From contig JAVEBF010000047.1 of the NCBI GenBank assembly GCA_051941275.1, positions 1 through 40,348 on the forward strand: a DNA stretch of 40,348 nt, in the 5' to 3' direction. The stretch comes from Dirinaria sp. TL-2023a (lineage: Eukaryota). The notes below the pieces were generated by a model. It saw only the letters and a program-made list of their open reading frames with translations, made no database searches and was not told the origin of the DNA. The translations under genes and the position numbers were made by a program. How positions within the stretch are numbered: the first letter of the stretch is position 1; every line of letters starts with the position of its first letter. Below, one piece after another: positions 23,540 through 34,830 of this stretch.

Positions 23540-23866
23540 GCCCCTTTGCGTATCTTATTACTCAGAGCGTCCAAGGTATGCTTTCCTCCTGCTCTTTTGA
23601 CCTCAATTGACGCCACCACGACCTCTACAGAGCCTTCATGTGCTTGTTGATAGATGTAGTTGATGATGACGAGGTCGTCATCGTCATATCGCATTTGCTC
23701 GCACCAGTTTCGCCATTCTTTCTCAACGCGATTATAGGCTTTGGAGGTGTTCTTAGAACGACTTGTTTGAGCGAGGGTTAAGACCGCATGCATGCTGCGC
23801 TCTGAAATGAGCAGTATCATTATTTAGATTGATCTGAGCTCTATCGTTACTGCTTAATGAGGGCAT
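23540..23866 (-). mobile_element. Crypton-like (tyrosine recombinase, Ndc10-related) N-terminal remnant
   Basis: RSKNTSKAYNRVEKEWRNWCEQMRYDDDDLV (within 23668-23760) fits the RxxNTxxAYxxxxxEWxxWC...DxxLV N-terminal pattern of fungal Crypton proteins. Further frameshifted traces (SINKHMKAL..SWWRQ; RRKAYL). Upstream ATG at 23866 is out of frame; catalytic domain absent. Confidence 0.6.
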
Positions 23867-23959
23867 GTTGATAGTGGCAATAAGGTAGGTGGTATAGAGG
23901 CAACAAGGTAGGTGGCATAGAGGTGAAGGCGAGGTGCGAAGAAGAAAACTTTCTTGAAA

Positions 23960-25552
23960 TCCTGCCTCAGCCTCATTAGTGGAGGCAGTTGAAATTCATA
24001 GGAACATGGAATGGAGGTCGATACTGTGGTACAGCCACCACCGGCAAAGACGTAGTTGGCGGGTCCTCCATTGGTGGCAGAGGAGCTATGTCGGTGTCTT
24101 CCGATCCACGCTCGTCTGCGGGCGAAACACGTCTGACCGAGGTATCTTGACCTGCAGCTCCGTTGCCTTCGCGTTGTTCGCCATGGTTTCAAGCAGCGGT
24201 TGATTAAGAGTCGTCTCTTGTCATGTTCTTCTCACTATCTCCAGCGTTTTTGGGTTCCTGGCTTCTCTCCCGTCTGCTGCTGGCCGCCAGAATTGCTGGC
24301 TTCAGCAGGATTTTCTTCCGCCGCTTCAGAAGACGGGTCGTCCTTCTTTTCTTCTTCCTGGCTATTGCTAGTCTCACTGAGGTCATACGTGTCTAGTGGC
24401 GACAGGGTATTCTCATTCGGAGCGGCGTTGCAATTCCTGGCTTCAGGGGGTTCATCCGTGTTAGGGACGGGGCATCATTCTTTTCTTCGCTTTTTCCTCT
24501 GCCTCTTTCGCCGCTGCTGTTTCTATCACTTCATTCACCGCCTCACGCTGGCTGGGCGATTTGTTCTTGCACCACCCCTTTTCGGTTCGGGTCTTTGGCG
24601 GCTGAGTATCGTCGGTAGCAGTTTCTGCAAAGTTTGCTTGGGTCAACAATGCTTGCTGTTTTGAAAGCGGCTTCACGTCTGTAGAGATGGGTTGATTGGC
24701 GCATATGGCACAGCGAAAGAGCTCGATTGAAACTTCTCGTATGATGTATTCTACATGATGGTCTTTTCGAAGATCTTTGTGCGGTGTAGAATGTGAAGCT
24801 GGTAATCCAGGTAGTTGACTCGGCCCTGAAGCAAGGACCTTCACTTTATGAGCGATATGACAAGATAATCTTTTCAAAGCAGTCCGGTATTGACACCTTC
24901 TCAAGGAGACTAATCTTGATCATCAAGTACTTTCTTTGATTTCGTACAAATTGTCTTTTTCTACTCGAAGGTTGGTGATCGTTGAGTGCTTTTCTTTCAT
25001 TTCGTACAAGTTGTCCCTTTCTGCTCGAAGGTTGATGATTTGATGGACAACTGCTGAACCTTTTTTATCTCATTGACTAACGCTGCTTGGTTGCTTGCAG
25101 CCTCGTCGCTCTTCTCGCTGAGCTACTTGGTGAGTCGCTGGTTTTTATCGACTTCAACCGCTTGAATGCTGAATCCATCGATGTCTCTTACGTACTTCGA
25201 TCACGCGACTATGAAGCGAGGTTGCCTTCAACATGAGCGATAGAACAAATTCCATCAAGCGATCGACTTTGATTGCTTTGCTAGTCAAGCGGTCAAAACC
25301 CTGGAACTGCCGAGTGAGTCGACGTTGCGTTATGACTTTCCCATTCGTGAGAGACACATCGAGACTCTTGAACCGGTCGGCTTGGCTGACATTGACAGTC
25401 GAGCGGCCCATTTCCTCCTCGATCAGAGGCAAGAGAAGATAGCTGTAAACAACGTATAATGCCAGAAAGCATAAAACCGCGATGAGAATCGTCAAGAGCT
25501 AGTTCGCAAATCGCTCCAGGTAGCTCTTAAAATCGGCTTTGAAAACTGACAT
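23960..25552 (-). pseudogene. Disrupted gene for a TM-anchored coiled-coil/acidic protein
   Basis: ATG 25552 MSVFKADFKSYLERFAN*LLTILIAVLCFLALYVVY..., followed by coiled-coil-like and acidic low-complexity segments split across frames by stops and frameshifts. Confidence 0.5.
24918..25039 (-). repeat. 60-bp period tandem duplication, 2 copies
   Basis: 24931-24979 aligns with 24991-25039; the minus strand reads IINLRAERDNLYEMKE / ITNLRVEKDNLYEIKE. Confidence 0.85.
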
Positions 25553-27185
25553 TGTGACTGTTGAAAGCGAGATATGGTCAGCGAGACTGTTGCTAATTGT
25601 AATAATATCCTTAGCACTTATAGAAATAAACAGGAATAAGATTTAGCACGAATCCTTAAGACGTGTTCATTCTCGGCAAATGAAAAAGTAACATCAATCT
25701 CACTTGAGAGCGTGAGCACCTTAGTGGAATTTCCCAACACCGAAATAATGTGAGTACTTGAACGCACGGAGTACTGAAACAGGTTCAGCACCTGTTCAAA
25801 TTGAGTACTTGACCCATTCAGTCAATGGAGGCTATTTCATATGATTGCCAGGATTGACGCGCAAAGTTCAGCAGAGCCTTGCAAACCTCTGATCACGAAC
25901 ACAAACACCGCCAAATCAAACATTTCCGAGATTAACAGTGTAGAAAAAGAGTATTAACATAGCTCTCTTACCTTGCTGCTTGTTTGAGTAGAGCCAGATT
26001 TGAACCAGTAGCGATGCTAACACTGTCAGACGTGAAATGATCAGCAACGCGCTCGGAGACGTGTACAGTACTGCTTCTGTAGACTACCAAGTAGGACATG
26101 AATGTACTTACATGGCTTACAGTGGGCTCGGGGAAAATGCTAATATGTAAGTGATGGCCGGTAAAGAAGGAGTGTAATGGGTAGTGAGCTTATAGTATAA
26201 AAGAATGAGATAGCTGCGTGAATAAATAAAACGGCAAGCGCACAGTCTATATATTTATGGTAGTTCGACTGGACTTCTTTGATTATAAAGTTCATTGATG
26301 TCTTGACTGCTGCTAAAAGTCTGGGGAACAAAAAGTCGACAGAAGTGAGTGGAGTCACTCAGGAAGTGCAGAGGAATATATACCCAGGGCCAAGACACAA
26401 TCACATGAGGTGTTGCCACGATGCAACACACATACAAACGTTAAAGAGTAAACGAAATTCCCAACGCATTCTACAAATGTTGAGGAAGAAGAATCTGTGT
26501 GAAGCAATCTTGAACACATGGGGACACTTCCGACAACACTTGCTGAGATGTTCATCCGTGCTCTGCCCAGCTCAATCGTATAATGACACTTTTTAGCTCC
26601 GGACAAAAAAGTGAATTTCAGTGAGCGATCATGACCGAGCTAATTATTCAATTCCTAAGGAAGAAAGAGTATCGTGATTGATCATCGTGACAACGTTTAT
26701 GCTCTGATTTCTTGCGAATCATGAACATAAGCATCGAATCGATCCAGGTAACCAGTATACCTATAGAAAAGTATCTGTGCGAGATGAGTCAGCATTAGAG
26801 CACTTCTCTGCGCATCGAGATCGAGGAAAAAGATTCATCGCGATCATGACAATGATTGATTGGTTCCATAGCATTTGAGAAGTCATCAGAATCGTTGAGA
26901 TGTCGCTTGGAACCTTTTTCTCTTCCCAAGGGTCGACATAGCGCTGTTCCTAGGTTAGCTGACTTGTGCAAAAGCAACCACATAAGTCTAAGCTTGCATT
27001 TAGTTGGGAATAGCATCGACGGCCTCAACGGCATCACTTGAAGTGCTATCGATATGCCTGTGAGGGCATGCAGGCACTGGCATCTGAACATTTTCCTCTG
27101 GTTGAGCTAGGCACTCTAGTGAGCTGTGTGGTGCTAAGTCAATATTGACGCCTTCGGCATTCCTCCATTTTTTGAACGGCAGAAT

Positions 27186-28280
27186 TTAAACTTTGGATTG
27201 AATATGCCGTGTCCGAGACGTGCCACCCGTCTTACTCCTTAGCGCATATACACCCTGGCCTAGCAGCAATATCGGAAAATACACCAGCAGGAGACCACAT
27301 GCAATCATGCAAAATAATATTGCTGCTATCGAGAAGCCCAGACAGACTTGTACAACCGACCCCCAAGATCCCATCCCCAGCCCTGCTAACAGGACCTGCA
27401 TAGCCGACAATACGACCGAGAGCGCGGCGAACGCAAATAGAAGAGGTGGAAGCCACGAGACTGAATAGTCGCCTGATTGCGAGTATAGTTCCTGATAATA
27501 AAGTCTGTTCGCGAACCAGCTACCTGTGGAGACTGAACGTGGTTGCAGGAGGCGTACAGCCCAGTTCAGACGCGTGAGGCGCATCTGTCCGAATTTATAT
27601 CGGTGTGAAACAGACAGGGCGGGAAGGTAGTAGAAGGGTTTTATGAATGCGCTGAATTCGGAGTAGGTTATACCTTCAGGGATCAGAGACGAGGATTGTG
27701 CCATGAGAAAATCGGAGCGATGGCGAATTAGAAGGGCGTAAGTGCGGAGGAAGCCAAGAGCGGATTTGCAATAGAGACTTAGAGAGTTGATTGGATACAG
27801 TTTCCGCTGTGAACATGTGGATATCTCATTATATTCATCTTTGGTGTGGGCTGAGATCGGAGGCAGAAGAAATTCTCTCCATATAGTGAGGCTGAGAAGG
27901 AAAGGTGGGATAGGCTTAATGAAGATAGTGTCGTAGTACCATATCAGATGAAGACCGGGATTTTCAGTTATTAATATCTGCCTCTTTTTGATACGTTGCT
28001 CGTGGAGAGCGTCAATACGTTGAAAGTTGGGTGGGGAAACAAAGTGTAGATAGTCTTGTATTTCGTCCAGTACCGGAGTACCAAGTTCTGCAGCCACAAG
28101 GGAGGTTAGATGTGTGTTTTCGCGGTACTCGGAAGAAAGCGGAAGTTCATCTATAAGAGTCGAATCCTCTAGATACTGATGAAGCACATCATCGTTGATG
28201 AGTTGTGGCTGTTTCTTGGAAAGTGGGAAAACCAGCTTGGATACGTCACTTGACGTACTGTGATTCTGTGCTGACGCCAT
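27186..28280 (-). CDS. DUF6601-like fungal protein with C-terminal TM helices
   Basis: 364-aa ORF with ELGTPVLD, ALHEQRIKKRQILITENPGLHLIW, IFIKPIPPFLL, ALGFLRTYALLIRHRSDF, RYKFGQMRLTRLNW and SVVLSAMQVLL, the pattern of this family as recalled. Confidence 0.78.
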   Translation of the reverse strand: MASAQNHSTSSDVSKLVFPLSKKQPQLINDDVLHQYLEDSTLIDELPLSSEYRENTHLTSLVAAELGTPVLDEIQDYLHFVSPPNFQRIDALHEQRIKKRQILITENPGLHLIWYYDTIFIKPIPPFLLSLTIWREFLLPPISAHTKDEYNEISTCSQRKLYPINSLSLYCKSALGFLRTYALLIRHRSDFLMAQSSSLIPEGITYSEFSAFIKPFYYLPALSVSHRYKFGQMRLTRLNWAVRLLQPRSVSTGSWFANRLYYQELYSQSGDYSVSWLPPLLFAFAALSVVLSAMQVLLAGLGMGSWGSVVQVCLGFSIAAILFCMIACGLLLVYFPILLLGQGVYALRSKTGGTSRTRHIQSKV

Positions 28281-29281
28281 TATAACAGACCATGTAACGG
28301 GTTTTATCTCATACTCTATAACATTCGTGGTATTTTGCAGCTATAGAACCCTTACTGCAAGTTTTGATGTAAAAATCATCATCGCTGGTAGTGGCTGAGC
28401 ATGGAAAAGGTTGCAATGGCTTAGCCATTGATGGATGACAAATCTATTGGCTTGCGACAGACTAGAAAGTACTACATCAATCACGTTAATGTCAATGGGA
28501 AAGACTAACCTAGAGCGGTTAAGAAGTTGAACAACGCCTGATTGCCAGCTTCAGAGGCATTTCGAATGATGTCTTGCCACGAGGACGAGATAGATAAGCG
28601 GTATGCAATGAGATGCAGGCTAATGCAACAAGCGACAAGGATTATTTGGAGATGGAAGGTCCTGATGAGGCTGCTCATGCACTACACTGTGTGTATAGTG
28701 GATACGGAGTAGTCATCTGTCTTCCTTCTTTCCTTCTAAACATCGTCTTTTCTCCAAATCCGTAGTGCCGAGTCGCGCTTTCGATTTTCCTCGGCCACTC
28801 ACTACATTCTTGATTAGATAGTATATTCTTCCCCATATCTTGCCTCGTGGCGCTCCTGAATAAGCCTTTCAGATGCAATTGGCAGTCTTTCTGAGAGTGC
28901 ATACGGCGATAAACATATACAATTCCCAGCGGCTCCTCAGACTTCCACAATGGTCTTGATATCGTATCCAATGTCGCATTGCGGAAGCACTCGTGACGCC
29001 ACAAAATATCAGAGACAATCCGTTTCGGCTGAACCTCGGAGTTGGCTCTGCAAGGCCTCTAGCGCGTCGTTACGCAGCCCCGTGGGTTTCTAGGCTGGAA
29101 CCAGGCCTACTCTTTGATCTTGATATCATCATGCCAATTCACGTGTTGCTTCGAGGCACTGCCAACATTCACAGTCAGCCCTAGATTGACAAATGTTTCG
29201 CATCAACTGATGGTATCATACGAGGGTTGACGGTAGAGCAGAAAGTAGATTCGCATTCGCCAGCCTCACCTGATCTCTTTC

Positions 29282-30154
29282 ATGTCTACTAATTATACGT
29301 ATGCCCGTGATGGACGAGACGAACCCGGCGACCGTGAAGCTCCCTTCAAATTCATCACGGAAGATTTGAAGATCGGGAACAAGAGATACGAATCCCGAGT
29401 ATCGACCTGGGAGCGAGGTGAAGATCAGCGGACGTGGACAAAAATTCCTTCCGAAACAACATACGAGAGGCAGCATTGGAATGTTGGTCTTGCGATCAAT
29501 CACCATTCGACCACCCATAGCTCATTAATAACCTCCCTAGCAAAGGCTACTCACTGGGGAGTCTATATCTGTCCAATCGATGCACAGAATGAGGTACGCT
29601 ATCCTAAAAGGGGCACATATGTTTCAGTAGTTGATAGTCGGCGATATATCAGGAGCATCCGTATCGAATTTTCGGCTTGAACTTTAAAGATGCGACAAGG
29701 AAAGAATTCATCCTAGGGCAGAAATGGAGAGCCTCGAACGGAGGATATGATATCAGGATGAATCGAACGGACTTTTCTACCAAGGAGGAACACAAAATTT
29801 CGGTATTTTGTAGTCTGGAAGAATTTGTACTTACTGGTATGTCGAGTTCAAAAACAAGGAATCGATAAACTGCACTGCAGTAGATGCAAGAATAACGAGT
29901 ATCATGTAGCTCAAATTGTACTTCGAGAGTTCCACGAAGGGCATGCCGGTTCCGCTATATATCCAAGAGATGGTAGAGCATACAACCTAGCCTTCAACAA
30001 CTGTCAGGGGTTTGCCATGAAAGTGTTAAAGAAAATGAAAGACCAACATTGGATGTCGCCCGAGCGTCTTCAACACAACTTTAACCTCGCGGATTTGGAA
30101 ACCTTTGTCAAATCTGAAGAAGACTATAAGTGGTTGGGGCAATGGGCATGGTAA
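29282..30154 (+). CDS. Putative permuted papain-like (PPPDE/LRAT-type) thiol hydrolase, 3 exons, ~246 aa
   Basis: Introns 29594-29652 and 29837-29909 join three track ORFs in frame. THWGVYI precedes YNLAFNNCQGFA (His before Cys). Confidence 0.65.
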
Positions 30155-30692
30155 TCATTATTGGATTAGACGTTCGATTCCTGGTTGCCAGAGAGATGCG
30201 ATCCTATTGCTCGGTTGTCCATGCACTGCACAACGCTATCGGCGGGCTTGCTGACGAGTGAGTAGAACTATTGGATTGTTGAATAACTGGATAATCGCCA
30301 TGGGTTCTTATGCGACTGGTTGCAGGACTTTTTCCGAGTTCTAATTATCTTACTGTTATTCCGTTCCAATTTCAGGGTTCCAGGACGAGACAACTTTGTT
30401 ATATGCCTCAAATAGTCTCTACGCGCCTCTAGCCGCATCTATTGATATTGCAGCTGCCTTTTATATATCTTACTTCGGGTGGACGGTCTTTCGCTTAAGA
30501 TACGTAGTCAATGGCTGCGGATATGGGCTGGTCCCGCGGCAATTCGATCACACGGCTGGGTTGCTTGTCGCTCAAGAGTTCTGTTTCTCCGAAGCGAGAC
30601 TAGGAGATTTGTTTGAAAAAGATCGTTAGTCTCGCAAAGCGTTCAGGGCCGTAGGCTCCTATCCCTTACGCGGTTTCTCGAAGTCTTTGATT

Positions 30693-31328
30693 ATGTATAC
30701 TTTCTTCGAGACGAGAGTGACTCTGCTCTGGCTTGCAATGCTTTTGTTTGCAAGTCCGTGTTTGTGCAGTCCTCTTGCGCCCTCGAAAACAAAGGCTGCA
30801 ACATTTCCCAATATTGCACAAAATGCTATTTCCTCATTGGACAAAGAGGAAAATCAAGCTGTTTCGATAGCTGCACCTCGGCAGATCTCTTCAGCGATGC
30901 TTACAAGTCGTTCTCATACATACAGCCAACGAGCACACATTGAACCAGTGCTTCCTGAGCGTGATCTACTTTCGCAGTACTTAGGGAGAGGTCACACGCT
31001 GATACGCAAATCGTACAGCGTCTTCGTGAACTCACCTGAGGCCGTGGAGGCGTATGAGAAAATGTATGAGCAGCTGCAGCAAACGGTGGATAGACTGCTT
31101 TTAAATGATTCGCTAGTATTTACCGGCCACGTCATAATGTTCTACGGTGCTCTCGAACTAGGCTTCGCAGGATTACCCCTCAATGTCGAACTGGCGCGGG
31201 ATTTAGTGCAGCGGTTACTCCTCGGTATGCTGGCTTTGTTGGCCAGATCACTGATCTTGGGATTGTATCATCTAGTAGCTTATGCCTTTGGCACGGCCTT
31301 TCAGGTTTGGCTTCGGCTTGCCGGGTAA
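30693..31328 (+). CDS. Hypothetical secreted protein
   Basis: Signal-like LLWLAMLLFASPCLCSPL; ~211-aa ORF. The stop overlaps a GTAAG donor; a possible intron 31325-31371 would change only the last residues. Confidence 0.65.
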   Translation: MYTFFETRVTLLWLAMLLFASPCLCSPLAPSKTKAATFPNIAQNAISSLDKEENQAVSIAAPRQISSAMLTSRSHTYSQRAHIEPVLPERDLLSQYLGRGHTLIRKSYSVFVNSPEAVEAYEKMYEQLQQTVDRLLLNDSLVFTGHVIMFYGALELGFAGLPLNVELARDLVQRLLLGMLALLARSLILGLYHLVAYAFGTAFQVWLRLAG

Positions 31329-31763
31329 GCCGTGGCAGGATAGCTATCACTAATTCGTGGCTGCGTTACAGGGTTTGAGCTTGTGAGAGGTTGTATGCAG
31401 CTGCTTACGAGTTGATCTTGCGATGTTCTCATTGTTGTGCTGGATATGACGACTCCTTTGCTAAAGATTGACGAAAAATTTTCTTGAATCTCAAGAAGTG
31501 CGTCAGTGATGGCTTCATTGCACGCATCTTTCGAGAGTAGTGATACATGCCAGGCTGATGTCACACGTTTTGTCAACACTCAAGTGTGATTGAGCGGAAG
31601 GAGTCGAGTGGAAATGCCATTGTTGAGAAAGGCGGTGTTGTTCCTGTCAGAGCGTAAAAGACAATATTTCTCCATGGTTTTTCATTTCTCTCTTCTAACT
31701 GCTCGCTGCTTGGCACATCCTTGACGGGTATCGTAGCCTTCAAAGACCGAATTCATCAAAGAA

Positions 31764-32729
31764 ATGGCTTCGAACAACAAGATTTTCAGCTGCGAGGATC
31801 CCAATCCACCCAATTTAAAACAAATATCCGAAGTGATGGATGATGAGGGATCAAGATCAGAGAATAGCAAACGGGTGCGAAGGCAAAAGCGGCCCAAGGC
31901 TTGGAACTCGCAGAGGTACAGCATACCACTACGCGGGAGTAGAGGGTCCGTTTCCTCGTCTAAATCAAAGCTTTACGCTCAACCATGCTATATAGGACCG
32001 ACAGGCTTCAAGCCATTCTCGACTTTCAAACGACTTACTATAGCAGAGGAGGAGCAGGATGAAGAAGGTTTCCCGACGGCGCTTTGTAGGTCGCTAGGTT
32101 GTTGGCAGACAGAGCCGCACTCGCACGGAGCGCCAGTGCATTTGGAGTCGGACTATTATGGGTATAGCTCCCGGGACATACAAGGCAGAGGAGATACATC
32201 GGACATGGATCTTCCGAGGCTGCCAATAAACCAAAAATTGTCGGCTGAGTCTCTCCAAAGACCGCCTTCTCCTCTGGTTGCAGGACCCGCCTCCACATCA
32301 GAAAGAATAGTGAAGCCACTCCCTATTCGGTCGCACAAAAATCTTAACGATCACGCTTCCAGGACTCCTCAGAGCTCGTCAGTCCAGAACTGTTCCCACA
32401 TTTGGGCCAGTTCATCATTGTCAAATCCCAACCAGCTGGGTTTGTCAGATCTGCGCAATGCACTGCCCCAGCTTTCGACCAGCCACAAATCGTCAACCTC
32501 GCCAATGGCGCAGTCCATTGGATGGCAAGTCGACCTGCCCATCCACCAAAAACCACGCTCAAAGAGAGACCACGATGAGCAAACTTTAGATGAGTCAGAG
32601 TCAGTCATTAAGAGACAGCGGATTGCAAAACCTGCCACACTGCCGACAACGCTACCTAAAGAACGATTCAGCGGAGTGACGAGAAGACTGGAGAAATTGC
32701 GATTAACGCCGACAAGGGATGCGTGGTAA
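31764..32729 (+). CDS. Hypothetical disordered S/P/R-rich protein
   Basis: 321-aa ATG-initiated ORF with basic NLS-like stretches (KRVRRQKRPK, KRQR); no recognised domain. Confidence 0.6.
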   Translation: MASNNKIFSCEDPNPPNLKQISEVMDDEGSRSENSKRVRRQKRPKAWNSQRYSIPLRGSRGSVSSSKSKLYAQPCYIGPTGFKPFSTFKRLTIAEEEQDEEGFPTALCRSLGCWQTEPHSHGAPVHLESDYYGYSSRDIQGRGDTSDMDLPRLPINQKLSAESLQRPPSPLVAGPASTSERIVKPLPIRSHKNLNDHASRTPQSSSVQNCSHIWASSSLSNPNQLGLSDLRNALPQLSTSHKSSTSPMAQSIGWQVDLPIHQKPRSKRDHDEQTLDESESVIKRQRIAKPATLPTTLPKERFSGVTRRLEKLRLTPTRDAW

Positions 32730-33049
32730 GCAAGATGGATGATGTCGGCCTAGAGGGTTCCATTGCTAGTGATAAAGATAGCGGCTGGTAAGAACGCTCA
32801 AGATGTTCATACGGATACTGACGCTACGTAGTCGTTGAGAAAAACTCTTTCCTTGTCTATAGCATTCATAATCCATTGGTGCTTGGAGCTTGTTCCGCAT
32901 ATTCCCTTCTTGAGCGAATGCAACGGCAGCTTTACGCCATTTGATCTTAAGGTATCCTCCTTTTAGAACTTCGTATCATACAAACCCAGGCTTTAATTCT
33001 CACCGGTTTGACGTAATCTCAATGTTTTATAAAGCAGCTTCTCTGGGGT

Positions 33050-34036
33050 TCATATACTGACCGCTGCCGCTTCATTCTTGACCTTGTATTCTTCGAAGCC
33101 TTCTACAACAGCCGCATTGACAAACGTCGTCCTCTGGTGCGCTCTTTCCCACTTCTGGGGTAATAGCCAGTGCAACCAAAGAGACCATGCCATGAGAGTC
33201 AGATCCTTCCATCCTCCCCAGCCTCCAATGATTGCCTCGTATGCACGACCGACACTGTCATACACCTGCTCTTCTTGGCCATAACCGACGTGTATATGTC
33301 CATATACCACAAGCCGAGGCTGGACTCTTGATAACTCTTTCGCCAAGAAAGCGCAGCCTGACTTTTTCACACCGTCACGGATGCTATCCAGGTGGCCCCA
33401 GGGAGGGCCATGGGTGAGAAGGATGTCTGTGTTGGCTGGCACAGAACCCGTCCATACATCGGTCCCCCTGTTGTAGTGGAAAGAGGACAACCCATGCCGA
33501 GGCGTGAGGGGTGAGCCGAAGATATTGATGGTTCGGCTGTGGCTCGGGAATGGCAGGGCGGCTGACGAGTCCTGTAAATAGATAATGTCACCCCAGTCGA
33601 GATCCTTCGCCGTTTTGATATCCACTTCTTTGTTACTATTACCGACAGCTGCAGCGTCTAATGCTTGTTTCCACCTCTCAGGATGCTGCTGTCGGAAGTC
33701 TTCGTCGAGGAACAGGTCATGGTTGCCGTCAATGACGACCTTGTACTTGTGCGGCTGTCGCGATAGCCATGTCAGCTGCGCTTGGATCTCGTTAAAAGTA
33801 CCCCATTGTGTGAGGTCGCCGGCATGAAGTAGCAAATCTCCTGGAGGAATAGGAGGCTGCAGGCCATGTGTGTCGGAAATGCAGACGACATTGATGGAAT
33901 CGACGGCAGGCGGGGGGGAGGACGGCACCCGATGAAGGGAGTGAAGCCTTTTAGCGAAGCTCCGGAGGCGCTCACGAGGTAGCTGGACTCGCCGAACCGC
34001 TGATGGGAATGATTTGATTGTTTTGTCTCGTGGCAT
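33050..34036 (-). CDS. Calcineurin-like metallophosphoesterase (MPPED1/2-like)
   Basis: VCISDTH, LLHAGDLT, GNHD, LLTHGPP, VYGHIH and FVNAA motifs, all in order. Confidence 0.93.
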   Translation of the reverse strand: MPRDKTIKSFPSAVRRVQLPRERLRSFAKRLHSLHRVPSSPPPAVDSINVVCISDTHGLQPPIPPGDLLLHAGDLTQWGTFNEIQAQLTWLSRQPHKYKVVIDGNHDLFLDEDFRQQHPERWKQALDAAAVGNSNKEVDIKTAKDLDWGDIIYLQDSSAALPFPSHSRTINIFGSPLTPRHGLSSFHYNRGTDVWTGSVPANTDILLTHGPPWGHLDSIRDGVKKSGCAFLAKELSRVQPRLVVYGHIHVGYGQEEQVYDSVGRAYEAIIGGWGGWKDLTLMAWSLWLHWLLPQKWERAHQRTTFVNAAVVEGFEEYKVKNEAAAVSI

Positions 34037-34203
34037 GTAATTGGAAATATGCCTTGAGTAGGGTAGCGAGCGAAATGAACTAAACCCGCGACTTGGCGCT
34101 TTATGTAATACTTCACCCAGGTAAGCGACCTTCCTCGTTCCTTTCTATTTGCCTCAGTCGACAATGTTTATGAATGCAGCGACATGAGACTGAACAGAAT
34201 ATA

Positions 34204-34830
34204 ATGGCGAACTCAGCCTTAGCTAATTCCTGAGCCGCTATTGTAGATGTGGCGAGCGAATCCTATGGCTATATCCTCCGCCTCCTCCGCAAGATGCCAT
34301 AAGGCATCGATCCAAGTATGTCGAGGTGCTTGAATGTCGCAAATACTGGCCTCCAAAGGGGATATCAGCCGACACGCCCCACAATTGTCTCTACGGACTT
34401 TACAAATTTCTCGTGGTACACGATATGCCTGGCTATCCAAACGCTCTTGGACATTTCTATGAACAGCGTACTTGGGCTCTGCGCGACATACCCCCGCGCG
34501 CTAATGGTTGCTGATTCCCTAATACCTTCCTTGCCTGTATTCCTGCTCTTCTCGTCAGCGCAGTTATTGAAAGGCTAAAGCCGGCGCTGCTTCGCGATAT
34601 ACCTGCCATAATATCTCCTATCTAGGCCAAGGAATTCCGTACTGCGCCTCAGTCATCCAAGACCTATGAGAAAGCGCTAGAATTCATCAAAATATCTCAC
34701 CTGTCGAGAATACTCTATTCATACCATATGAGAGTGTCGTAATGGAGGGGATCGATGATCTCAGAGTCTCAAACTACTTTAAAATGATGAACATCTTGAT
34801 CTGAGGTTTACACATTCAATTTACTGAATT
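34204..34830 (+). pseudogene. Pseudogene of an uncharacterised fungal family ('DTP..LY.LY...W....IP...LACIPALLV' type), divergent from the phosphoesterase
   Basis: One frame reads YPPPPPQDAIRHRSKYVEVLECRKYWPPKGISADTPHNCLYGLYKFLV...WALRDIPP...*...LACIPALLVSA...RDIPAIISPI*AKEFR...YEK, with stops at 34512 and 34623, then a frameshifted NILI*GLHIQFT. The 5' boundary is uncertain. Confidence 0.6.
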
